DNA of 41,409 nucleotides from Escherichia coli (GTDB lineage Bacteria; Pseudomonadota; Gammaproteobacteria; Enterobacterales; Enterobacteriaceae): NCBI RefSeq assembly GCF_003334385.1, contig NZ_QOWN01000039.1; one strand, 5' to 3'. Shown piece by piece: positions 10,310 to 34,100 of this stretch (position 1 is its first letter; each line of letters starts with the position of its first letter). The notes under the pieces were generated by a model. It saw only the letters and a program-made list of their open reading frames with translations, ran no database searches and was not told where the DNA came from. The position numbers and the translations under genes were made by a program.

Positions 10310-10678
10310 CTAGTTATCGTTGATTTTGTCCAACAACTTGTCAGCATAATCGCCGCGTAAAAAATCGGTACTCAATCCAGCTTGTCGCAGCTTCAATTCC
10401 AGTAATGACAATCGACGGCTAACCTCTTGATATTGCGGATCATCGTGACGGATACCTTTGAGAATATCCAGAAGCTGAATTGCTTCTCTCCGTTGCTCAA
10501 GTTCTGGCGGTAAGCAACCGGCATTCTTCAGCAAGCGATACCCCGCACGTAATTCCGGTGGCACGTGAGAATCATAATCCAGTATCAATGGTTCGCCGCT
10601 ACCTGCCAGGTTATCAAACTCACCTTTCGCTTGCGCTTCTGCTATATGGCGCTCTGCCCACTGGTCAAGTAACCACAT
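10310..10678 (-). CDS. yhdN: DUF1992 protein YhdN, 122 aa
   Basis: ORF 10310..10678, 10 nt upstream of zntR on the same strand. Confidence 0.8.
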   Translation of the reverse strand: MWLLDQWAERHIAEAQAKGEFDNLAGSGEPLILDYDSHVPPELRAGYRLLKNAGCLPPELEQRREAIQLLDILKGIRHDDPQYQEVSRRLSLLELKLRQAGLSTDFLRGDYADKLLDKINDN

Positions 10679-10743
10679 AAATACTCCAGGGGATGAACAA
10701 AAAGAGTACAGCTATTGTAGATAAGTGGGGATACTACGGGTAT

Positions 10744-10771
10744 AAAAAAACCCGCCGGGGCGGGTTTTTTT
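10744..10771 (-). terminator. Symmetric A7-GC stem-T7 intrinsic terminator downstream of rplQ (end of alpha operon), potentially bidirectional
   Basis: AAAAAAACCCGCCGGGGCGGGTTTTTTT; rplQ stop is at 10785. Confidence 0.85.
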
Positions 10772-10784
10772 ACGTTGCTTCAGA

Positions 10785-11192
<408 letters not shown>

Positions 11193-11208
11193 TTAACCTG
11201 TGATCCGG

Positions 11209-12198
11209 TTACTCGTCAGCGATGCTTGCCGGTGGCCAGTTTTCCAGGCGCATGCCCAGAGACAGTCCACGGGAAGCCAGCACGTCTTTAATCTCAGTAA
11301 GAGATTTTTTACCAAGGTTAGGCGTTTTAAGGAGCTCAACCTCGGTACGCTGTACCAGATCACCGATATAGTGGATAGCTTCTGCTTTAAGGCAGTTAGC
11401 AGAGCGGACAGTCAATTCCAGATCGTCAACAGGGCGCAGCAGGATCGGATCGAACTCTGGTTTCTCTTCTTTCACTTCAGGCTGACGTACATCACGTAAG
11501 TCAACGAAAGCTTCCAGTTGTTCAGCCAGAATGGTTGCCGCACGACGAATCGCCTCTTCAGGATCGATTGTGCCGTTGGTTTCCATTTCGATGACCAGCT
11601 TGTCCAGGTCGGTACGCTGTTCTACACGCGCTGCTTCAACATTGTAGGCAATACGCTCCACAGGGCTGTAGCATGCGTCGACCAGCAGACGGCCGATTGG
11701 GCGCTCATCTTCTTCCGAATGAATTCGGGTAGAAGCCGGCACATAACCACGACCGCGCTGAACTTTGATACGCATGCTAATAGACGCGTTCTCATCGGTC
11801 AGGTGGCAGATCACGTGCTGCGGCTTGACGATTTCGACATCACCGTCGTGGGTGATATCGGCTGCAGTCACAGGGCCAATGCCAGATTTATTCAAGGTAA
11901 GAATAACTTCATCTTTGCCCTGAACTCTCACCGCCAGCCCTTTCAGGTTGAGCAGGATTTCCAGGATATCTTCCTGAACGCCTTCTTTGGTGCTGTACTC
12001 ATGTAGTACACCATCAATCTCAACCTCGGTCACCGCGCAACCCGGCATCGATGAGAGCAGAATACGGCGCAGTGCGTTACCCAGAGTATGGCCAAAGCCA
12101 CGCTCTAAAGGCTCAAGGGTCACCTTGGCGTGCGTCGAACTCACTTGCTCGATATCAACCAGGCGCGGTTTTAGAAACTCTGTCACAGAACCCTGCAT
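11209..12198 (-). CDS. rpoA: DNA-directed RNA polymerase alpha subunit, 329 aa
   Basis: [19 protein letters not shown]-terminus; alpha-CTD with RSANCLKAE motif. Confidence 0.97.
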
Positions 12199-12223
12199 TG
12201 TGTCCTCTCTTTGGTACTAAGCT

Positions 12224-13270
<1,047 letters not shown>

Positions 13271-13283
13271 TCAATCACCCCGA

Positions 13284-15266
<1,983 letters not shown>

Positions 15267-15273
15267 CTGCTAC

Positions 15274-16407
<1,134 letters not shown>

Positions 16408-16412
16408 CTACC

Positions 16413-17720
<1,308 letters not shown>

Positions 17721-17747
17721 TTACTCCCGTGATTCAATTGGTGACAA

Positions 17748-18056
<309 letters not shown>

Positions 18057-18067
18057 GTAACCCTACC

Positions 18068-19422
<1,355 letters not shown>

Positions 19423-19457
19423 GTAGAAAAAATAAACGGCTCATTTCTGAGCCGTTT
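19423..19457 (-). terminator. Intrinsic terminator at the end of the S10 operon (after rpsQ)
   Basis: On the minus strand: hairpin AAACGGCTCA-GAAA-TGAGCCGTTT followed by TATTTTTTC. Confidence 0.8.
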
Positions 19458-19482
19458 ATTCGTATTGAGAGAGTGTACTGTA

Positions 19483-21411
<1,929 letters not shown>

Positions 21412-21416
21412 CTACC

Positions 21417-21698
<282 letters not shown>

Positions 21699-21711
21699 TT
21701 ATCCTCTAAAA

Positions 21712-24107
<2,396 letters not shown>

Positions 24108-24127
24108 TCAATCGCTCAATGACCTGA

Positions 24128-24645
<518 letters not shown>

Positions 24646-24676
24646 CGTATTGCTAGTAAAGTAAACAGCCTTCGGG

Positions 24677-25096
24677 TTATCTCTCAAGTTCGTTCAGTGC
24701 ATTTTTGACACGCTCTCTTAAACCGGCTTTCTCTTCGCTTTCTTCCACAGTATTTTCTTCGTCTTCAGAAGAAGAGGGGGCATTCTCAACCGCGACGCCT
24801 GGGTCATCTTCCTCCTCGACGGATTCGACGACGGGGAGTGGCTGTTTTTTGAAGAAATAGTGTTGTGTTGATTGTTTAAAAGCGGGCGTTTCAGCCTCTA
24901 CAGTGACTTCGGCTTTTACTATCCAAAGCACCCATAGCTGCCTGGCATACCCACCAACCAGCACCATTCCTGCAAACCACAGGCAAATCAGTAATAAACA
25001 AATTACATATATTATGGTGCTGTGTTTTTGTCGGGAGAAGATACCAGGGTGACCTGTTTCTTTCTGCTCACGCGCGGCGATATAGAATTCAAACAT
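24677..25096 (-). CDS. gspB: GspB-type T2SS accessory protein, 139 aa (bitopic, acidic Glu/Asp-rich C-terminal region)
   Basis: One predicted TM segment (IYVICLLLICLWFAGMVLVGGY), acidic tail; 1-nt gap after gspA. Confidence 0.75.
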   Translation of the reverse strand: MFEFYIAAREQKETGHPGIFSRQKHSTIIYVICLLLICLWFAGMVLVGGYARQLWVLWIVKAEVTVEAETPAFKQSTQHYFFKKQPLPVVESVEEEDDPGVAVENAPSSSEDEENTVEESEEKAGLRERVKNALNELER

Positions 25097-25097
25097 G

Positions 25098-26567
25098 TCA
25101 TTTCCCCTTCACTGTTGTTTCCGGGGAAATATTTGCTTCATCCCGATATAAGTAGGCACTCTCCCCTGCCACCTGCCAGAGATGTACTAACGTTGAAAAG
25201 CCAACAACACCGTCAGTTTTCAAGTGGTGGCTTTTTTGAAATTGCTTTATTTTTTCTACCAACAAGGGACGCCACTCCGCCGAAGGTTCTGTCGAAATAT
25301 GCAATGCGCGGTTTAACATCGTTTCCAGCCAGAGAATCTCTTCCTCGCTGCTATCACGCGTAATGGTACTCTCCCCTTCCGGCGACATTTTCCACAACAG
25401 AAGATAATCACCCGTCCATACCGACTCAAACCATTTATGTGTCAGCGTCCACGTTTGCTGACCTACGAGGACATCAACGCTAGCCTCACCGACGCGAACG
25501 ACCACAACAGGCAATTTTTTGTCCCCGACTTTAAGCGATGCGATCCAGGGCAAATTCTGATCTACCAATGTTTGTAAAGAAGCATTCCCACTTTTACATG
25601 CCAGCCCCGCTCTTACTGCCTGATCGCACCAGGCCGAATCAGCTGGGACCTCGTACCCCCATACGCCGTATAACACGCTTAGCGCCTCACTATCGCGCAT
25701 CACCACATGAGCAATATCCTTAGTCATATCTTGTTTAACTACTGGCGTTACGGGTATCAGCCACGCAGGAACGGGTAACGTAGCTGTAAAAGAGGACAGC
25801 AGTAGCCAACCACAGGTAAGAGCGATAATGGTTCCACTCATCACCACGGCAAGCTGCATTTTCCGGGGGCGGTTATCACCCAATATGCGGTAAATCATTC
25901 GCCATTGTTTTGCTGTGAAAACGCTGGTCTGCTCGGCTTGCTGTAATAAGCGAATTGTTTCGCCGGCAAGCGCCAGCTTTCTGCGATCGCCCCGACATAA
26001 TAAAGCTATCCGTTTCAGAACTCTGGCGGTTAAAAGGAGATCGGGTTGGTCAATATTCTGACCTTCAAGGATGCTTGCCTTAAGTTCGTGCTCCGTCAGA
26101 CGTCCTATCGAGACAAGTTCAATGCCCTGTTTTTTAAAATCACGTTCGACTTTTCGATCGGGTCTGCCGATCAGCAAAAATTGACCGTCAGGAATAAGAG
26201 ATATTGCGCGTTGGAGATCATCAAGTATGCGGCGGTGATTCAGGTGAGCATTTTCAATAATAATAAGAGGGCAGCGACTATCAGTTCGATGAAGCGCATG
26301 CAGTAATTGCCCCGCCATCTCATCTCGCGTCCAGGCGCTGTCACGGCAGCCCTGTTCAGCCGCGTTATCGTCGGTAACGATCCATGCGGCCTTACCTTGC
26401 CAGGAAACAACGAGGCTTAAAGTAATCACACGGCGATGTTTATCTTTTTGCAGTTGCTGCGCCAGCCAGGTTTTTCCACTTCCAGCCTCACCCAACAAAT
26501 AGCATAGACGCCAGGTTTGACGTTTCTCACACAACCAGGAAAGAATAACTTCTCTTCTCGTAGACAT
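25098..26567 (-). CDS. gspA: GspA/ExeA-type AAA ATPase T2SS accessory protein, 489 aa
   Basis: Walker A GEAGSGKT near the N-terminus; central TM segment; putative peptidoglycan-binding C-terminal region. Confidence 0.8.
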   Translation of the reverse strand: MSTRREVILSWLCEKRQTWRLCYLLGEAGSGKTWLAQQLQKDKHRRVITLSLVVSWQGKAAWIVTDDNAAEQGCRDSAWTRDEMAGQLLHALHRTDSRCPLIIIENAHLNHRRILDDLQRAISLIPDGQFLLIGRPDRKVERDFKKQGIELVSIGRLTEHELKASILEGQNIDQPDLLLTARVLKRIALLCRGDRRKLALAGETIRLLQQAEQTSVFTAKQWRMIYRILGDNRPRKMQLAVVMSGTIIALTCGWLLLSSFTATLPVPAWLIPVTPVVKQDMTKDIAHVVMRDSEALSVLYGVWGYEVPADSAWCDQAVRAGLACKSGNASLQTLVDQNLPWIASLKVGDKKLPVVVVRVGEASVDVLVGQQTWTLTHKWFESVWTGDYLLLWKMSPEGESTITRDSSEEEILWLETMLNRALHISTEPSAEWRPLLVEKIKQFQKSHHLKTDGVVGFSTLVHLWQVAGESAYLYRDEANISPETTVKGK

Positions 26568-26746
26568 AGAACTTCCTGTTTTAATTATTGATTATCCTTA
26601 ATCATAAAAATAATGTATGTATTTATTAATTAAATACATATTACTAATATAAATAAATTTTGCTTGATTCATGCAAGCGGCATTAATACTATTTATACTA
26701 ACGTCAATATACAACCCACCCAATCTATTTTATTAGAACATACATC
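26568..26746. promoter_or_regulatory. AT-rich divergent gspA / gspC-O promoter region with a 9-5-9 inverted repeat (ATGTATTTA-TTAAT-TAAATACAT, 26617..26639)
   Basis: 179-bp intergenic, markedly AT-rich, between divergent operons; perfect 9-bp-arm palindrome. Confidence 0.55.
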
Positions 26747-27562
26747 GTGCCCACACTACGTTTCCCCTTCCATCTGGCGAATCATAATAAAGATGCTGCC
26801 ATCAATATATTGATTATATTTATAAGCATAGGGTCGATTATTTTTAATGTGAATTATTTCCATACAACTATAGTTAAAAATGGACAGATCATTAATCAAC
26901 CAACAAACGCATTTCAGTCTGATTTCAGCCTTGCCGCTTTATGGCGTAACGAAAATCATGCTGGGGTAAAAGATGCAAATCCCGTGGCAGTTAATCAGGA
27001 AACACCTAAGCTCTCTATAGCGCTTAATGGCATTGTACTCACATCGAATGATGAGACTTCTTTTGTCTTAATTAATGAGGGGAGCGAACAAAAGCGATAC
27101 TCCCTCAACGAAGCCCTTGAGTCAGCGCCGGGAACGTTTATTAGAAAAATAAATAAAACCAGCGTTGTGTTTGAAACTCACGGGCATTACGAAAAAGTAA
27201 CTCTCCATCCAGGGCTACCTGACATCATCAAGCAGCCTGATTCAGAAAGTCAAAATGTACTCGCTGATTATATTATCGCCACGCCTATACGTGATGGAGA
27301 ACAGATATACGGGCTTCGATTGAACCCTCGTAAGGGCCTCAATGCATTTACCACCAGCTTGCTACAACCAGGGGATATCGCCCTCAGGATCAATAATCTT
27401 TCGCTGACCCACCCTGATGAGGTTTCACAGGCATTAAGTTTACTGCTAACTCAACAAAGTGCTCAGTTTACAATTCGTCGCAACGGCGTACCCCGCTTGA
27501 TAAATGTTTCCGTCGGGGAACTTACAGGAATGAATGGACTGCGTCATGAAAGGACTCAATAA
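26747..27562 (+). CDS. gspC: T2SS protein GspC, 271 aa, GTG start
   Basis: N-terminal TM segment and PDZ-like C-terminal region; ORF 26747..27562 begins at GTG. Confidence 0.8.
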
Positions 27563-29498
27563 AATCACCTGCTGCTTGCTGGCAGCACTACTCATGCCTT
27601 GTGCAGGACACGCTGAGAACGAACAATACGGCGCGAACTTCAATAACGCCGATATCCGCCAGTTCGTGGAAATAGTGGGTCAGCATCTTGGCAAAACGAT
27701 CCTGATCGACCCTTCGGTACAGGGAACCATTTCCGTACGCAGTAATGATACGTTTAGCCAACAGGAGTACTACCAGTTCTTTTTAAGTATTCTTGATCTT
27801 TACGGTTATTCCGTGATCACGCTGGACAATGGTTTTCTGAAAGTGGTTCGCTCAGCTAATGTAAAAACATCGCCAGGGATGATTGCTGACAGTTCTCGTC
27901 CAGGCGTAGGTGATGAGTTGGTCACCCGAATTGTACCGCTTGAGAACGTTCCTGCTCGTGACCTGGCCCCCCTGCTCCGCCAGATGATGGATGCGGGTAG
28001 CGTCGGTAATGTTGTGCATTATGAACCCTCCAACGTTCTTATTCTGACCGGTCGTGCCTCCACCATTAATAAACTGATTGAAGTCATAAAGCGCGTTGAT
28101 GTCATCGGCACAGAGAAGCAGCAAATTATTCATCTGGAATATGCGTCAGCGGAAGATCTCGCCGAGATTCTTAATCAATTAATCAGCGAAAGCCACGGTA
28201 AAAGCCAGATGCCAGCCCTCCTCTCCGCGAAGATTGTGGCGGATAAGCGAACCAACTCTCTTATCATCAGTGGACCGGAAAAAGCACGCCAGCGCATCAC
28301 TTCATTACTGAAAAGCCTTGATGTCGAAGAGAGCGAGGAAGGAAATACCCGGGTTTATTACCTGAAATATGCTAAAGCCACGAATCTGGTGGAAGTGCTA
28401 ACCGGTGTTTCCGAAAAGCTGAAAGATGAAAAAGGGAATGCGCGTAAGCCCTCCTCTTCTGGCGCGATGGATAACGTCGCCATTACCGCCGATGAACAGA
28501 CTAACTCTCTGGTCATTACCGCTGACCAGTCCGTCCAGGAAAAACTCGCCACGGTAATTGCGCGTCTGGACATTCGCCGTGCACAGGTGCTGGTTGAGGC
28601 AATCATCGTTGAAGTTCAGGATGGAAATGGACTAAACCTCGGCGTGCAATGGGCGAATAAAAACGTTGGCGCACAGCAATTTACCAATACCGGATTACCG
28701 ATTTTTAACGCTGCGCAAGGTGTGGCTGATTATAAAAAGAATGGTGGGATCACCAGCGCGAATCCTGCCTGGGATATGTTTAGCGCCTACAATGGCATGG
28801 CCGCAGGCTTCTTCAATGGCGACTGGGGAGTACTGCTTACCGCGCTGGCCAGTAACAATAAAAATGACATCCTCGCCACCCCAAGCATCGTAACGCTGGA
28901 TAATAAACTCGCGTCCTTCAACGTGGGGCAGGATGTGCCGGTGCTATCCGGGTCACAGACCACTTCAGGGGATAACGTCTTTAATACCGTCGAACGCAAA
29001 ACGGTGGGGACAAAACTCAAAGTTACTCCGCAGGTCAATGAAGGCGACGCGGTGTTGCTCGAAATAGAGCAGGAAGTCTCCAGCGTTGACTCTTCCTCTA
29101 ACTCGACGCTCGGCCCGACGTTTAATACCCGTACTATTCAAAACGCCGTGCTGGTCAAAACCGGTGAAACGGTGGTCCTGGGCGGATTGCTGGATGATTT
29201 TTCTAAAGAGCAAGTGTCAAAGGTTCCTCTGCTTGGCGATATTCCTTTAGTGGGGCAACTCTTCCGCTATACCTCCACCGAGCGCGCTAAACGCAACCTG
29301 ATGGTATTTATCCGTCCGACGATTATCCGTGACGATGATGTTTATCGCTCACTGTCAAAAGAGAAATACACCCGTTACCGTCAGGAGCAACAACAGCGGA
29401 TCGACGGGAAATCAAAAGCGCTGGTTGGCTCGGAAGATTTGCCGGTGCTGGATGAAAACACGTTCAACAGTCACGCCCCTGCGCCATCGTCACGGTGA
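27546..29498 (+). CDS. gspD: T2SS outer-membrane secretin GspD, 650 aa
   Basis: Signal peptide [23 protein letters not shown] at internal Met 5 of ORF 27534..29498; secretin C-domain ([14 protein letters not shown]). Confidence 0.9.
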
Positions 29499-29507
29499 GG
29501 CATTCAT

Positions 29508-30989
29508 ATGAGAATTCACTCACCGTACCCCGCCAGTTGGGCGCTGGCACAACGAATTGGTTATCTCTATTCAGAGGGCGAGATTATTTATCTCGCCGAT
29601 ACGCCATTCGAGCGGTTACTCGATATTCAACGTCAGGTTGGCCAGTGCCAGACCATGACCAGCTTGTCACAGGCTGATTTTGAAGCTCGGCTGGAAGCGG
29701 TATTCCATCAGAATACCGGTGAGTCGCAACAGATTGCGCAGGATATCGATCAATCCGTCGATCTTCTCTCGCTTTCGGAAGAGATGCCCGCAAATGAAGA
29801 TCTCCTGAATGAAGATTCAGCGGCACCGGTTATCCGCTTGATCAATGCGATTTTGAGTGAGGCCATCAAAGAAACCGCCTCTGATATCCACATTGAAACC
29901 TATGAAAAAACAATGTCGATCCGTTTTCGCATCGACGGCGTTTTGCGGACAATTTTACAGCCAAACAAAAAACTGGCGGCACTGCTTATCTCCCGAATTA
30001 AGGTCATGGCTCGTCTTGATATCGCCGAAAAACGTATTCCACAGGATGGAAGAATTAGTTTGCGTATCGGGCGACGTAACATAGATGTCCGCGTATCCAC
30101 ACTGCCGTCCATCTATGGTGAACGCGCCGTACTCCGCCTGCTGGATAAAAACAGCCTCCAGCTTTCATTGAACAACCTGGGGATGACGGCAGCGGATAAG
30201 CAGGATTTAGAAAATCTCATTCAGCTTCCGCACGGTATTATCCTGGTGACAGGGCCGACAGGCTCCGGTAAAAGCACCACGCTCTACGCCATCCTTTCGG
30301 CGCTGAATACTCCCGGCCGCAATATTCTGACGGTAGAAGATCCCGTGGAATATGAGCTGGAAGGCATTGGGCAAACGCAGGTGAATACCCGTGTGGATAT
30401 GTCTTTCGCTCGCGGCCTGCGCGCCATACTTCGCCAGGACCCGGATGTCGTCATGGTGGGGGAAATTCGTGATACAGAAACCGCGCAGATTGCGGTTCAG
30501 GCCTCGCTCACCGGCCATCTGGTACTCTCAACACTCCACACTAACAGTGCATCAGGCGCAGTGACCCGGCTCCGCGACATGGGCGTCGAATCATTCCTGC
30601 TTTCGTCTTCCCTGGCAGGGATTATCGCGCAACGTCTGGTTCGTCGCCTGTGTCCGCAATGCCGACAATTCACGCCCGTATCACCCCAACAAGCGCAGAT
30701 GTTTAAATATCATCAGCTCGCGGTGACAACAATTGGCACTCCCGTAGGCTGCCCTCATTGCCATCAATCCGGCTATCAGGGGCGCATGGCGATCCACGAA
30801 ATGATGGTGGTGACGCCGGAATTACGGGCCGCTATTCATGAAAATGTGGATGAACAAGCACTGGAGCGACTAGTCCGGCAACAACACAAGGCCTTAATCA
30901 AAAATGGCCTGCAAAAAGTGATAAGCGGTGACACCTCCTGGGATGAGGTTATGCGCGTCGCCAGTGCCACGCTGGAGAGCGAAGCATGA
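29508..30989 (+). CDS. gspE: T2SS cytoplasmic secretion ATPase GspE, 493 aa
   Basis: Walker [10 protein letters not shown]; tetracysteine CPQC...CPHC zinc motif. Confidence 0.92.
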   Translation: MRIHSPYPASWALAQRIGYLYSEGEIIYLADTPFERLLDIQRQVGQCQTMTSLSQADFEARLEAVFHQNTGESQQIAQDIDQSVDLLSLSEEMPANEDLLNEDSAAPVIRLINAILSEAIKETASDIHIETYEKTMSIRFRIDGVLRTILQPNKKLAALLISRIKVMARLDIAEKRIPQDGRISLRIGRRNIDVRVSTLPSIYGERAVLRLLDKNSLQLSLNNLGMTAADKQDLENLIQLPHGIILVTGPTGSGKSTTLYAILSALNTPGRNILTVEDPVEYELEGIGQTQVNTRVDMSFARGLRAILRQDPDVVMVGEIRDTETAQIAVQASLTGHLVLSTLHTNSASGAVTRLRDMGVESFLLSSSLAGIIAQRLVRRLCPQCRQFTPVSPQQAQMFKYHQLAVTTIGTPVGCPHCHQSGYQGRMAIHEMMVVTPELRAAIHENVDEQALERLVRQQHKALIKNGLQKVISGDTSWDEVMRVASATLESEA

Positions 30990-32182
30990 ATTATCGCTAT
31001 CGCGCCATGACCCAGGATGGTCAAAAATTGCAAGGGATCATTGATGCTAACGATGAACGTCAGGCACGACTGCGGCTGCGTGAAGAAGGGCTTTTCCTGC
31101 TGGATATTCGCCCCCAAAAAAGTTCGGGAGTAAAAACACGTCGCCCGAGGATCAGCCATAGTGAACTGACGCTTTTCACCCGGCAGTTGGCAACCTTAAG
31201 CGCAGCGGCATTACCCCTGGAAGAGAGCCTTGCCGTAATCGGTCAACAAAGCAGTAATAAACGACTGGGTGACGTGTTAAATCAGGTACGCAGCGCCATC
31301 CTTGAAGGGCATCCCCTTTCCGATGCATTACAGCATTTTCCCACGCTTTTCGATTCGCTCTATCGTACCCTGGTAAAAGCGGGCGAAAAGAGCGGGCTGC
31401 TGGCCCCGGTGTTGGAAAAGCTGGCTGATTACAATGAAAACCGGCAGAAAATCCGCAGCAAGCTCATTCAGTCACTGATCTACCCCTGTATGCTCACTAC
31501 GGTGGCGATTGGGGTCGTGATTATTCTCCTCACTGCTGTCGTGCCCAAAATTACCGAACAGTTCGTGCATATGAAGCAGCAACTGCCGCTGAGTACACGC
31601 ATTCTTTTAGGTCTGAGCGACACGTTGCAACGTACCGGCCCGACATTATTAGCGACAGTGTTTATTGTCGCTGTAGGTTTCTGGCTCTGGTTAAAACGCG
31701 GCAATAACCGCCACCGTTTTCATGCCATGTTGCTGCGCGTTGCGCTCATCGGCCCGCTGATTTGCGCCATTAACAGCGCACGCTATCTCCGCACTTTAAG
31801 TATTTTGCAATCCAGCGGCGTCCCTCTGCTGGATGGGATGAATTTGTCCACCGAAAGCCTCAACAACCTCGAAATTCGCCAGCGTCTGGCAAATGCGGCA
31901 GAGAACGTTCGCCAGGGTAACAGCATTCATCTTTCGCTGGAACAAACCGCAATTTTCCCGCCGATGATGCTCTACATGGTGGCCTCTGGCGAAAAAAGCG
32001 GGCAGCTCGGCACATTAATGGTCAGAGCCGCAGATAACCAGGAGACACTCCAACAAAATCGGATCGCCTTAACGCTCTCCATCTTCGAGCCAGCACTCAT
32101 TATTACGATGGCACTGATCGTCCTGTTTATTGTCGTGTCGGTACTCCAACCTCTTCTTCAACTTAACTCAATGATTAATTAA
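30986..32182 (+). CDS. gspF: T2SS inner-membrane platform protein GspF, 398 aa
   Basis: Polytopic GspF/PilC-like sequence; 4-nt overlap with gspE. Confidence 0.9.
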
Positions 32183-32191
32183 GGAAAGCAT

Positions 32192-32629
32192 ATGCGCGCA
32201 ACGGATAAGCAACGCGGTTTTACATTACTGGAAATTATGGTGGTGATCGTCATTATCGGCGTACTTGCCAGCCTGGTGGTTCCTAACCTAATGGGCAATA
32301 AAGAAAAGGCGGATAAGCAAAAAGCCGTCAGCGATATTGTGGCGCTGGAAAACGCCCTTGATATGTACAAACTCGACAATCATCACTATCCAACCACAAA
32401 TCAGGGGCTTGAATCCTTAGTAGAAGCGCCGACACTGCCACCGCTGGCCGCAAACTATAACAAGGAAGGTTATATCAAGCGTCTGCCTGCCGATCCCTGG
32501 GGCAATGATTATGTCCTCGTTAATCCTGGTGAACATGGTGCATACGATCTGCTTTCAGCAGGGCCCGATGGTGAAATGGGAACCGAGGACGACATCACCA
32601 ACTGGGGTTTGAGCAAGAAGAAAAAGTAA
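32192..32629 (+). CDS. gspG: T2SS major pseudopilin GspG, 145 aa
   Basis: Prepilin N-terminus [20 protein letters not shown]. Confidence 0.92.
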   Translation: MRATDKQRGFTLLEIMVVIVIIGVLASLVVPNLMGNKEKADKQKAVSDIVALENALDMYKLDNHHYPTTNQGLESLVEAPTLPPLAANYNKEGYIKRLPADPWGNDYVLVNPGEHGAYDLLSAGPDGEMGTEDDITNWGLSKKKK

Positions 32630-32636
32630 GTCAGCG

Positions 32637-33146
32637 ATGAATCAGCAACGCGGGTTTACCCTGCTGGAGATGATGCTGGTGCTGGCGCTGGTCGCTATCA
32701 CGGCAAGCGTGGTGCTCTTCACATATGGCCGGGAGGATGTCGCCAGCACTCGTGCGCGCGAAACAGCGGCGCGGTTTACCGCTGCACTTGAATTAGCCAT
32801 CGACCGCGCCACGCTCAGTGGTCAGCCTGTCGGTATCCATTTCTCTGATTCAGCATGGCGCATTATGGTACCGGGCAAAACACCATCAGCCTGGCGCTGG
32901 GTTCCATTACAAGAAGATGCCGCAGACGAGAGCCAAAATGACTGGGATGAAGAACTCTCAATTCATCTTCAGCCATTTAAACCTGATGACAGCAACCAGC
33001 CACAGGTTGTGATTCTGGCCGACGGACAAATCACACCCTTCTCTTTGTTGATGGCTAACGCCGGGACCGGTGAGCCGCTCCTGACGTTAGTCTGTTCAGG
33101 CTCATGGCCCCTGGATCAAACGCTCGCCAGAGATACCCGCCCATGA
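32637..33146 (+). CDS. gspH: T2SS minor pseudopilin GspH, 169 aa
   Basis: Prepilin N-terminus [15 protein letters not shown]. Confidence 0.88.
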
Positions 33147-33520
33147 ACAAACAATCAGGGATGACACTGCTTGAAGTCTTACTGGCGATGAGTATTTTCA
33201 CCGCTGTTGCTCTGACTTTAATGAGCAGTATGCAAGGGCAACGAAATGCCATCGAGCGAATGCGTAACGAGACGCTGGCATTGTGGATAGCGGATAACCA
33301 GCTTCAGTCACAAGATTCATTCGGCGAGGAAAACACGTCCAGTTCTGGCAAAGAGTTAATAAATGGCGAAGAGTGGAACTGGCGCAGCGATATCCACTCA
33401 AGCAAAGACGGCACGCTTCTGGAACGCACCATAACGGTGACATTACCCAGCGGTCAGACAACCTCGCTTACGCGTTATCAAAGCATCGATAATAAATCCG
33501 GGCAGGCACAAGATGATTAA
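33143..33520 (+). CDS. gspI: T2SS minor pseudopilin GspI, 125 aa
   Basis: Prepilin N-terminus [19 protein letters not shown] at internal Met 14 of ORF 33104..33520; 4-nt overlap with gspH. Confidence 0.85.
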
Positions 33521-34100
33521 TCGCCAGCAGGGTTTCACATTGCTGGAGGTCATGGCGGCGCTGGCGATTTTCTCAATGCTTAGCGTGCTGGCGTTTATGA
33601 TTTTTTCGCAAGCTTCCGAGTTGCATCAACGCTCACAGAAAGAAATCCAGCAGTTCAATCAGCTACAGCGCACCATCACCATTCTTGATAACGATCTCCT
33701 GCAACTGGTCGCCCGGAGGAATCGGAGTACGGACAAAATCATGGTGTTGGGTGAAGAAGCTATTTTTACCACGCAAAGTCGCGATCCGCTGGCTCCTCTC
33801 AGTGAAGCACAAACCTTACTCACTGTTCACTGGTATCTGCGAAATCATACGCTCTACCGTGCTGTTCGTACTTCTGTGGATGGCAGGAAGGATCAACCCG
33901 CCCAGGCGATGCTGGAACATGTCGAGAGCTTTCTTCTGGAAAGTAACAGCGGGGAAAGCCAGGAACTTCCTCTCTCAGTCACGTTACATCTGCAGACTCA
34001 GCAATATGGGGGGTTACAGCGCCGTTTTGCATTACCTGAGCAGTTAGCGAGAGAAGAGTCGCCAGCTCAGACGCAGGCCGGGAATAATAACCATGAATAA
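33513..34100 (+). CDS. gspJ: T2SS minor pseudopilin GspJ, 195 aa
   Basis: Prepilin N-terminus [16 protein letters not shown]; 8-nt overlap with gspI. Confidence 0.88.
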
